Positions 22,922 to 34,315 of a stretch of DNA of 64,000 nt are shown piece after piece. Position numbers and translations under genes: made by a program. The notes beneath the pieces were generated by a model. The model ran no database searches. It had not been told where the DNA came from and saw nothing but the letters and a program-made list of their open reading frames with translations. How positions within the stretch are numbered: position 1 is the stretch's first letter; the number at the start of each line of letters is the position of its first letter. The DNA is from Azolla caroliniana (taxonomy: Eukaryota; Plantae; Polypodiophyta), in the NCBI GenBank assembly GCA_043228905.1, contig JBHGNT010000010.1:11408001-11472000 (forward strand). The letters are read 5' to 3'.

Positions 22922-23071
22922 GATTCACCGTTCTCGATTGAAGAATATTGTTTGTCATCAGACTCTTCGTTTTCTACCGAAGAGTATTGTTTGTCGACAG
23001 ACTCACCATTCTCTATTGAAGAATATTGTCTGTCAATAGACTCACCATATTCTATCGAAGAGTATTGTCTG
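22922..23071 (+). repeat. 39-bp coding tandem repeat (DSPFSIEEYCLSx, four copies)
   Basis: Visible in ORF 22913..23425; a fifth FSIEEY follows. Confidence 0.9.
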
Positions 23072-24290
23072 AGCTCATCTTCACCTACAACGAATGTGAA
23101 TAATGACACATGTGAAGAGTTCTCTATTGAAGAATACGATATTAATAAAGATACGGAGGATGAAGGTAGTGCCAATGAAACATCGAATATCAGGGGTGAT
23201 GGTCACAACTTCCACTTGGATAGTAACAAGATTGCACCAACTTCTATGCAGGAAGACAAATTTGGAAGCCCTATGCATATTAGAAGAATCCCACGAAGAA
23301 TTCGTCTGGCTAGATTTAACTTGGTGACATCAGATAAACAGATTGGATTTGATGTGAAAAAAATATGTTGTGCCCGTGGTTGTATGTCTATGATTGGAAA
23401 ATCAAAGTTGCGAGAATTAAGGTGATACTATTTTTCGATGACTGGGGATGAGCAAGACACTTACCTCAGGTCACATATGCAACTAGTATCTGACAAATGT
23501 ATGGGGATCAAAGTATCATTCAAGTATTATATCTTCCATGCGTAACAGATATGTAGAGTTGCATTCAAACTTGCGTTATGTTTTAGTAACATGCGGCTAC
23601 ATAGAGTACAACAACGTCTACTTAGCGGGGATCAGATGCTCAATTGTAAAGAGGTTCCAAGTATGAAAGGTGCAATTGGAAGACATGTTATTGGTTGGAT
23701 GAAAAGTTACTTTCAGTTAAATTGTGAAGTAATGCCCACTACAGGTAGGATGCACCTTTCTGATAATTACACCCGTTGGGAAGTTTATGATGTCTATCGA
23801 TCTGATATAGTGGGGCTCACGTAATAAGTCAGTCACATATAGCCAATTCACAAGATTATGGAGAGCTCGGTTTTCAAATGTTATCATTCCACGTAAAGTA
23901 CGCATGGGGTATTGCTCCATTTGTGCAAATCTTAAAAGTTTGGCTAAAGGTGCAAAGACATCAATGGGAAAGGATATGAGTAAGAAGTTACTACAAGAGC
24001 ATCGTGAGGCACAATCGTTAGAACGAAAGAAGGCAATGCATCATAGAGAGAAGTGTTTGAAGAGGCCTGAACAATACATGTGCTTAATGATAGATGGCAT
24101 GGACCAGAAGAAGACATGCTTGCCGCATATGCGGAGGCTCCCCAAAGATGTCAATGATGAGTGCCTTGTTCAAATGCACTTGGTGGGATGCTTGGCTTAT
24201 AATAGGTCTGTTCGACCTCACGTCTTCATTACTTACCCCAATGTTCACAATGACCCTAACCTAACAGTTACAGTGATTCACCGAGTTTTG

Positions 24291-25142
24291 ATGTCTTGGG
24301 GACAACCTTTCCCCCCTGTTCTATACATTCAATTGGACAATACTGCTAGAGAGAACAAAAATTCAACTGTATTTGGCTATCTAAGTATGTTGGTCAACCT
24401 AGAATTGTTTAGGAAAGTGAAAGTCAATTTCCTTTTGGTTGGCCACACACATGACCATATAGATCAGATGTTTAGCACATTCTCCAGACAGTTGTCTCGG
24501 CATGATGCTTTCACTTTACCTAAACTATTTGATGTCATTTGTGATGCATATACACCACGCCCAAAAGTGTTACACTTGAAGGAGGTATATGACTTTAAGA
24601 GATATATATTAGATGGGGGTGGTGGGAATGTTAAAGTGCTTGCTCAGTTAAACAATATAAGTTTCAATCACATTTTTTTGATAAAGAAAAATGGAATAAG
24701 TGGTTCTACACTTTTGATGTCTTGGGGCCAACCTTTCCCCCTTGTTCTATACATTCAATTGGACAATACTGCTAGAGAGAACAAAAATTCAACTCTGTTT
24801 GGCTATCTAAGTATGTTGGTCAACTAAGGATTGTTTAGGAAAGTGAAAGTCAATTTTCTTTTGGTTGGCCACACACATGATCATATAGATCAGATGTTTA
24901 GCACATTCTCTAGACAGTTGTCTCGGCATGATGCTTTCACATTACCTAAACTATTTGATGTCATTTGTGATGCATATACACCATGCCCAAAAGTGTTACA
25001 CTTGAAGGAGGTATATGACTTTAAGAGATATATATTAGATGGGGGTGTTGGGAATGTTAAAGTGCTTGCCCAGTTAAACAATATAAGCTTCAATCACATT
25101 TTTATGATAAAGAAAAATGAAATAAGTGGTTCGACACTTTTG
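24291..25142 (+). repeat. 426-bp in-frame tandem duplication of the transposase catalytic core
   Basis: 24291-24716 is repeated at 24717-25142; TTTTG microhomology at the junctions; copies differ by scattered substitutions. Confidence 0.95.
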
Positions 25143-25543
25143 TATGCTAAACAATATTCATCTTCTACAACATGGAAACCTGAAAGTGGTTGCCAGTTAT
25201 TACTTTGTATGCCGAGTACAATTGTCCATGGAGCTAAGCAAATGCCAATTGAAAAGAAAGGACAGTTGTAGAGTGACTTGGTATCGGAACAAAAACGGTT
25301 ATGGCTCCAAGCCTTAAAGAAAAAATAAAGCATATTGAGGCCGCCAAGAAATATGCCGCACAACAAGACACGTCATGGTGGGATGTATTTTATAGTTATC
25401 AAAAAGGAATTATAGACAATTGTGTATTTGGTGATAATTGGAATTTGGAAACGCCATTCACAAGGTCGTTGCAACATGATCGTGTAAATAGAACTCCGGA
25501 GCAACCAGCAAATGCGATTAATGACAGTTTGGTCCATCCACAA

Positions 25544-28500
25544 TGTAAAAGATTATGTGCGGAAACAATAGAAAACCAAACACACAGAAAATACGCAAGT
25601 TTAATGGAGAGCTTGAGTATGCACAGTACGCGGGAGAGACAGAGAAAGAACACACAAGAAATTCAATTCAAAAAATACTATCTCTATATTTACATCGTGC
25701 TCAGTGAGCACCTTTTATACAAGCCCTGACAATGGGCTGACACAAGTACTGACAGTACTTGACTGCTCATAAATGAGCCTCGACACTTACTCCCAAAACT
25801 ATTCCTTACGAGGAATATCTCTCTAACGGCCTTTCGGTTTACGCACCGATACGGCCTCTCGTTACGCACCGGTTTGCGTATCCATTTTACGCACCAGTCC
25901 GGCCTAACCGATCGGTCCCAACCGATCCGGTTCTCAGTTTGCACAGCCGATCCGGCCAATGTTGAGCTTGTATCTCAACACTCCCCCTCAAGCTCAACTT
26001 GAGGTTCCATCCGCTCTTCCGGATCTACGTTCCGGTTCCTCCTGGCTCCACGCCTTGCTCACACTCCTCGACCTGTTCGATTCCGTGCGACTCGACCCTT
26101 TCGGTCAGCTTGTCTGCTCACACGGCCCTTCTCAGCTTCCTTGTTGTTGCGGTGTTGGCGCCTCTTCTGTTGCCTTCTCTTCCGCTTGGCCCTTGGTTGA
26201 TTCAGCGTATCTGAATCAAACATCCGAACCGACTCGTCTTCCTCCGATCGGTTTTCGCTCTCGTCCGAGTTGGCTGCCTCCAACTCGACTTCGGTCTTCT
26301 GGCCCTTGATGGCTTCGTCTCGCCCACACTTGGTTGGCTTCGGTTCTTCCTTTCGATTGCTCCCCTTATGTCCGCTTCCAGAATCTTCCGCGGGTCCGCC
26401 CTCGGCTTCTTGAGCCGATCCGAAATCGAAATCGTCATCTGACTCGGCATCGCGGTCTTCTCTCCCCCTTCCGTGGTCATTCGTGACATCTCTCCCCCTC
26501 AAGTTTGGCACGTCGAGGTGACGCAACCCAAGCGCACCCGAGAATTGCCGTAACTTGTCTAGACCAAGAGGCTTGGTGAAGATGTCGGCGGTCTACCGAT
26601 CCGTCGGAACATACCGAAGTTCGACTTCACCAGAGAGAACACGCTCACGGACGAAATGGTAGTGCACCTCAATGTGCTTAGTCCAGGCGTGGAAAACGGG
26701 GTTCTTGGCGAGCTGGATACTGTTGAGGTTGTCGCAGTAGATAGTCGTTGGATCGGACACCTCCACCTGCAGATCCTTAAGTAGTCAATCAACCATATGG
26801 CTTCGCATGTCGCGACAACCGCTCCTCTATACTCAGCCTCGGTGCTCGACAGCGCAACTGTCGGCTGCTTCTTGCTACTCCACGCGATCGCGGCACTCCC
26901 GAAAGAGAACGCGAAACCGGACGTGGATCAGCGATCGGCGACGTTGCCGGCCCAGTCGGCATTGGTGTAGCTGACCAACTGTGGGGCTGTATTGGACCAA
27001 TATAGTAGCCTCTGGTCCTTATTGCCACTAACGTACCGGAGTACGCGTTGTGCGCACTGAAGGTGTTCCTCGATCGGTTGCGCCATGAACTGACTAATCA
27101 CCCCGACCAGGTAGCTGAGATCTGGTCGGGTGATGGTCAAGTATATAAGGTTGCCGACTATCTGTCGGAACCTCGTTGGGTCGCATACCTTTCCGGACTC
27201 AGGGCGAAGCTTGATGGTTCTATCCAAAGGAGTCGAGACGGACTTACAGTCTGTCATCCCGAATTTGAAGAGCATATTCAGCGCGTAATGACGTTGGCTG
27301 ATCAGTACGCCTTTGGGGGTGCGGATCACTTCGATCCCAAGGAAGTAATGAAGGTCCCCCAGATCCTTCATGTCGAATGATGCCGCGAACTGGAGCTTCA
27401 CACGGTCAATCTCACCTAGGTGGGCACTGGTGATGACCAAGTCATCAACATAAAGTAAAATATTAACTGGCCCGAGTCGACCTTTCCGGATGAACAGTGA
27501 GGAGTTCAATTTTGACATCGCAAAGCCCATCTGACGCAGTCGATGCGTGATCTTCGCGTTCCAGGCACGCGGGGCTTGCTTTAGTCCGTAAAGGGACTTC
27601 TTCAATCGGCACACCGCCGAAGTGTTCGTTCCAGAGTGAAATCCGAGGGGTTGTACCATGTACACCTGTTCCTCAAGCTCACCTTGTAGGAATGCATTCT
27701 TTACATCCATCTAATGTAAGTGCCACCCCTTTGCCACAGCTACCACGAGCAAAACACGGACAGTCGTCATCTTCGCGACCGGCGCAAACCTCTCATCGTA
27801 GTCGATGCCGCGTTTCTGCGCGTAACCTTTCGCTATTAACCGGGCCTTGTATCGGTTGACCGAGCCATTGGTGTTGTACTTGACCTTGTACACCCACCTA
27901 CATCCGATTGGCTTCACACCTTTCGATGTGTCAACCAGGTCCCAGGTTGCATTTTCCGCCAATCCGCGCATCTCTTCCTCCATCACGACACGCCAGTTCG
28001 CGTCTTTCACCGCTTCTGCGTAGCTCTCCGGCTCACGCACTTCCGCTACTCATGTCATGTACGCGTAATGGTGCACCATGTACTCATTATAACCGAACCG
28101 CACAACAGGGTTCTTCTGGCGGGTTGATCGGCGTAATTGCTCATTAGCCGATGTTGAGGCTTTCTTGGCTGACGCGGACACCTATCGTCACTTCCCTCGG
28201 AGTCGGACTCGCGTCGATCCGACTCATTCCTATCCGTGTCGTAATCCGACACCTTCTTCTTCCCTTTTTCTTTGCGCGTAAGCCGTCTCCTCGGCTTCCT
28301 ACGCGGGGAATGCATGGCCGAGTCTCCACTACTCGTCGGCTCTTCATCGGACTGGTCGAACCGACTCAGTCGTCCATTTGGTCCGCTTAAGCAAACCGAA
28401 GTCGGATTCTCTTCGCGGGTCTCGATTTCAAGCTCATCTGGAGGCACCTCGGCCTCACTGACCTCATCATCAGAACTCGGATTGGAGGTGAGGTCCGGAG

Positions 28501-31233
28501 TCAGAGGCAAGTACCAAGACGCGGACTCGTCAAACACAACGTCGCGGCTCACGCGTACTTGTTTGGTGCGTGGGTTATAACACTTATAACCCTTCTGCTC
28601 GTCCGAATAGCCGACCAAGATACTCTTCTCGGCTTTCGCGTCTAGCTTCCTCCGTTTCTCCTTTGGCACATGCACATACGCAATGCTACCGAAAACTCTC
28701 AAGTGTCGTAGATTCGGCTTCCTTCCGAAATACTGCTCATGCGCCGACACTTTTTCTCCGATCCGATTCTGGATGTATACTGCGGTTCGTACCACCTCGG
28801 CCCAATAGAACTTGGGCAAGCTCTTTTCTTCTAGAATTGCCCGCACCGCTTCCACAATCGACCGATTCTTCCTCTCGGCCACGCCGTTTTGCTCCGGCGT
28901 GTATCTACAACTAAATTCGCACCGAATTCCCATCTGTTGTAGATACCCATTGAATTGACCGGAAAAGTACTATTTTCTGCCATCCGACCGCAGGCACTTG
29001 ATCTTTCTTCTTGTTTCCGTTTCCACGAACCCTTTAAGGTCCCAGAAACAGTCGAAGACTTCACTCTTCTTCTCAATAAGGTAGATCCACGTGTGTCGCG
29101 TATAGTCGTCGATGAAGGAGACAAAATATCGACTCCCGCCAAGACTAACATTCTGTGTTGGCCCCCATACATCGGAATCTTTCAAGTCGAGCTTGTTCCA
29201 GCTCCGGTTATGCTCGTTAGGGAAGGGAAGTCGGTGTTGCTTCCCCAGTTGGTAGGCTTCACAAATTTGTGCCTTTCGGCCACTAAATCTGGGCAATCCA
29301 AACACCACCTATTTCGATTGCAGGTCCTAAAGCCGTTGATAGTTGACGTGGCCTATCCGCTTCTGCCATAAGTCGATGTCCGACTCGACTTTTTGTCCTT
29401 TCGCGAACATTGTGGTGCCACCGTCACTAGAGTCGAGGATAAACATCCTCCCGTCTCTGCGCCCTTGCGCAATAACTCAGCCTTCTTCCTCGATGAAGCA
29501 CCCGAGATGCGTGAACCAGACTTGTATCCCCTGGTCGATGATCTGCCCGACCGACACCAGATTCTTCCTGATTGTTGGGATGTGTAGCACGTTCATAAGT
29601 TTCCCTTTCTGCCCAACATGGCTCAAGGGAACTTCACCAACATTCGTGATCGGATGCGGAGTGTCGTCTCCGGTTGCGACTACTCCCGGTTGCATCGGTT
29701 TTTCCAGGTATGAGAACCATTCCTTGTGGCACGTCATGTGGTTTGACGTGCCGGAGTCGACGTACCACACCTCCTCCGATTTTGGACTGGACTTCTTCAT
29801 CGAGTTTGCTTCATGTCTCGTCATTAAGACTGACCCTTTTTCGGCTTCTCCGGATCCTTCGGCGTAGTGCAATCGTTGCTGATTTCCTTTGTCGGTCTGT
29901 CCGGAACCTGATCCGGACCTGGTTCTCTCCGAATCGGCGCGTTTTTTCCAGCACTCACTCTCCCAGTGGCCTTTCTTGCCACAGTACCAGCATTCCGCGG
30001 TGGATTTCCCTTGCCGATTCTCGTTGCCTCAACTCCCCCTGTTTCCGGAGGGTCCGGAGTTGCTGTCGGCATCACTTCGGTGCCTTCGTCCTTGATCCCG
30101 TCGGCCACGTCCATTGCGTACCAACTCGCCTCGTCCGCCACGACCACGGGGCCTATCTCCCTCTGTGTACAGCATCTTGTTGTTGGCATGCGTGCTTGTC
30201 GACGCACCCGCGTGGTTCTCCTCTATAAGGAGCATCCACTGTAAATCAAAAAACGACAGCGTATTCTCCCATGTACACACAACAATTCGGAACGCTCTGA
30301 ACTTCGACGCCAATCCCCCGAGATAGATTTGCACCATCTCGCCTTCCTCGACGTTCACATCGATAGAGGCTAGAGAATCACATATATCTTTGATCTTCGA
30401 GGTGTAATCAGCCACTGACAAGTCGTGTTGTCGTAAATTGCTCAGCTCTTGTCGGAGTTGAAGCTTCCTGGCTGTGGTGCTTGCGGTGAAGATCTTCTTC
30501 AGATTTCCCCAAGCATCCTTTGGCGTTTTCGCATCCCGAATATAGCTCAGGAGTTGTTTGCCCACACAAGACGCGAAGCAGTACAATACTCTGCTCGCTG
30601 ACTGTTCCCAAGCCGGGAAGTCTTTGTGTGTCAAATCGGGTGCTGTGTCATTTGCTCCATCGACATAGCTCCAATAACCGTGTCTGAGCAGGTACTGGTG
30701 CATCTTGTAAGACCAAGACGCGTAGTTGTTTCTGTCGAGCTTCTCTGTTGGAAGCGAGCTAGCCATGCCTCTATCCATCGGTTTTGCCTATTCTTCTTGG
30801 TTGGTTTTTTTTCTTTCAAGTTATGTCGGTTGTAGAGGTTCTCAACCCTCGCGCTCTGATACCATGTAAAAGATTATGTGCGAAGCAATAGAAAACCAAA
30901 CACACAGAAAATACGCAAGTTTAATGGAGAGCTTGAGTATGCACAGTGCGCGGGAGAGACAGAGAGAGAACACACAAGAAATTCAATTCAAAAAATACTA
31001 TCTCTATATTTACATCGTGCTAAGTGAGCACCTTTTATACAAGCCCTAACAATGGGTTGACACAAGTACTGACAGTACTTGACTGCTCATAATGAGCCTT
31101 TCGGTTTACGCACCGATACGGCCTCTCGTTATGCACCGGTTTGCGTATCCGTTTTACGCATCGGTCCGGCCTAACCGATCCAGTTCTCATTTTGCACAGC
31201 CGATCTGGCCAATGTTGAGCTTGTATCTCAACA
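25544..31233 (-). mobile_element. Full-length but decayed Ty1/copia LTR retrotransposon
   Basis: LTRs 25544-25980 and 30865-31233; TSD CACAA (25539-25543, 31234-31238); PBS TGGTATCAGAGC (tRNA-iMet) at 30853-30864; PPT TGAGGGGGAG at 25981-25990. Confidence 0.96.
26460..30778 (-). pseudogene. Copia gag-pol (gag, PR, INT, RT, RH) with multiple stops and frameshifts
   Basis: KLDRNNYASW (gag), WYVDSGTSNHM (PR), SDVWGP and QNGVAERKNR (INT), MDVKNAFL and LYVDDL (RT), ADWAG (RH). Confidence 0.94.
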
Positions 31234-32196
31234 CACAACAAAGAGACATTTATGTGGGACCAAGGATGACCAAAGCAGCCGAAGCTAGATGGCAAGGCAA
31301 TTTTCAAGAGCTCAAGGCGGGGATGTTGATTGCAACGCCGGCTGATGAGAACTCACATGGCCACCAATTTTGGGTTGGTAAAATTCTAGAAGTGCTAATG
31401 CATGAAATAGAAAACACGATCAAGTCTATAAACGTTCGTTGGTAGAACACTAGAAGTGCAAATGCTTTTACAGGTAAGTATACATTGGAGATGATTGAAT
31501 GCCCAACAAGAAGGGGAGGTAGGAAGAGGAAGTGAAACATTCGTAACACCTCGACCCTTGATATCTCTGATGTGGATATCATCGTGTACGACTTCACACT
31601 TACAAAAGCCGGACGATTAAGGAAGTCAACAATAGATATAATAAAAGAAAAATTATCAGGTCTATAGGGTGGCTCGAGTCAAAGGCAAACGAGATCTGCT
31701 ACATATAATCTAGAGTCAAACCATTTGATTTATGATGCAGATAATGCACTAATTGGTACATCCGAGGATGACGAGGAGGAATCGTCATTGTATATTAGTT
31801 ATAGTAGTGATTCTCCGTAAAGGAGTGATCACGAATGTATATTTGGCTATTAAGTGTAAATACATTCCGCTTGTAACAAATCGAGTAATATAAAAGCATG
31901 TATTTTGAATTCTTATGATTTCTAAAAAATCGTTTCTTATAAAATAACATTGGTTGTAAAGTTTGTGATATAAATTGAGAATGTAACTTTTTGAAATTCC
32001 TCTTTTTTTAGTTACTTCTAAATCACGAAAATAGTGGATTTTTAACCTTTTTCATAGTATGTTTGAACATGTATGATACTGGTATCAATGTGTTTTGTAA
32101 AATCATTGAAAAAGCCCTAAAATCAACCAAAATTTTCCTTATCCTTCCATTTATGCGCGATCCTTCCACTTGTGAACACGAACGTGTTTACTAACT

Positions 32197-32645
32197 GATG
32201 TAGCTAATTAGCCATTAAATATACTATTTTTATTCTTGGCTAATTAGTTGTGGCCAGTAGTTATGGTAATGTAAATAGCTAATTAGTTATGGCCACTACC
32301 TAATGTAGTTAATTAGCTATTGAATATTATATTTTCATTCTTAGGGAATTAGTTGTGGCTAGTAGTTAAGTCAATCTAAATAACTTATTAGGTTTTAGTA
32401 GCTAATTAGCTATAGCCACTACGTGATGTAACTAATTGGCGTTTGAATAGTGTATTCTTCTTTTTGACTAATTAGTTGTGACTAGTAGGTAATTAGTTTT
32501 TGGTAGTTAATTAGTTATGGCTAATAGGTGATGTAGTCCAATGATTATTAGCTATTAGATAATAACTACTTGTGGCTACTAGCTTATAAATAATGTACTA
32601 TAATTAGCATATTAAATAGTTGTGGCTAATAACTAATAGCTAGAA
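32197..32645. repeat. Degenerate AT-rich tandem array (about 105-120-bp unit) rich in CTAATTAG
   Basis: TGATGTAGCTAATTAG..TAATTAGTTGTGGC.AGTAG recurs near 32197, 32302, 32424 and 32529. Confidence 0.75.
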
Positions 32646-33079
32646 ATACTAATATTAAGTGATCTTGGCTTATTGACACTAACAACAAGAATAATATCAA
32701 TGTTAAAGAAGAACAATAACTTGTTGATAAGTGCAGATGTGTCATTGCAACGATTGTAAATACTTGAGATACATTAAGAAGGTGAATGGGATGTTCTTTG
32801 TATTGACTCCTTCCAAAACGTTTCTTGTATAAATCCTTCTTATTGGGTGATACCCTACTCTCAATACCTTGGTCGCTCTATTGAAATACTCCACGATCTT
32901 TCTCTCTATAATTTTAGCAACACAACCAGTAATTTTACTGTCTTTAGTTGAGGGAAAATAACAAAGGCGTTGTATGGACTTAACGGCATGAAAGAGGAGA
33001 CAAAGCCTTATATTGAGAGACATGTTTGTTACTTGATGTGGAATAATGAGTGGCGCCAAAATTGAAGGTATATTCGGTA

Positions 33080-33460
33080 AGGAGCGACAGCGGCAATACC
33101 ATGTGTAGAGGCACACATGAAGAAGCCATGGTAGCAATACTACTCGCAAAGGCGGTAAGGAGAGATGGCAATAGTACTACTTGCAAAGGCTATAAGGAGT
33201 GATGGCAACAATACCATGTGTAGGTAGAGGTATGCATGAAGGAGAGATGGCAACAACGCTACTTGCAAAGGCAATAAGGAGTGATGGCAGCAATACCATG
33301 TGCAAAGGCAGGCACAAAGGAGTGATGGATTGAATACTATGTGTGAGGATCGTGAGGAGTCATGGAAGTAATATCATGTTCAAAGGCAAGCACAAACGAG
33401 CAATGGATTGAATATTATGTACGAAGACGGTGAGGAGTGATGGCATAAATACCATGTCGA
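33080..33460. repeat. Degenerate tandem repeat (GGAGTGATGGCAACAATACCATGTG-like, about 40-50-bp unit)
   Basis: About ten imperfect copies visible. Confidence 0.7.
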
Positions 33461-34315
33461 GATGCACCCAAAGCTATGCACTTACTATGCTAGTGGATGT
33501 TGAGAACTTGTATATATTAATGGCATTTTGATACTAGCACTAGCATGACTAGATGAAACACACATGAATACAAGCTTGTGCACAAAACAAAAAGAGTGGG
33601 AAAAGGGACAGCTAGAATATAAGGGCCATGTAGCTAACCTTGGTCATTTTTATGTCTGATTTAGTCTTCATTTGCAATTTTTAAAGTGGTACTTTTCTCT
33701 CTTCCTCACATAAGATTTAAGTATTTCAAGGCTTACATTCATCTTTTTGTACTGCATGGTTCGTTTTATATATCTAGGGGGTATTTACAATGTGTACTTT
33801 CGATTCTTCTTGACTTATGAAGTGTGCCAACCTCAGATTGAGTAAATCATTGTAAGAGGAGAGTTTGTTCACAGTTGTTAGTAGCTTAGGAGTGAGCAAT
33901 GGATAAGATGCAGGAATGCACACATAAAAACTAAGTTTAGAGAACATTTTGGATACTCTGAAGGTGAAAATCTAAAGAATGGCACCTATGATAAAAGTTG
34001 CAAACATCAACAAGCAGTTCAATACCCAATAATTTATTTCCATAACCCATAAGTTCCAAACTCTCCGAGAATTACTCTGGGGTATAAAAAACATTCATTA
34101 CAAAATTGACCACTTGAAACCCCATTTGTTTCTTTAGGAAACATTAAAATTTATGGATACGAGTCTGCACTTCATGGTGCTTCAGAGATAGACCAAAAAC
34201 ATGGCACAATGCAAACCCATCCTGTCCTATACTAAGAAATATGACTTCAAGTTTATTTTCTTTCTTTTGGTTACTTGTTTTTCCCCTTCCAGAGGTGAAC
34301 TCGAAATTGATGTTC

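Larger units (their letters stand above)
22913..31820 (+). pseudogene. Sola1/DUF7869-like DDD transposase, join(22913..25543,31239..31820); stops, frameshifts, internal duplication and a copia insertion
   Basis: CC.RGC, ICRVAF, YSQFTRLW..F..V.IP, C..C, MIDGMDQ, LYIQLDNTARENKN, FLLVGHTHDHIDQMFS; reading frame rejoins across the TSD (SLVHPQ|QRDIYVGP). Confidence 0.8.

Noticed and set aside
25301-31445. ORFs 25301..25729 and 31092..31445 as separate genes
   Set aside because: Both are chimeras of transposase sequence and copia LTR read-through.
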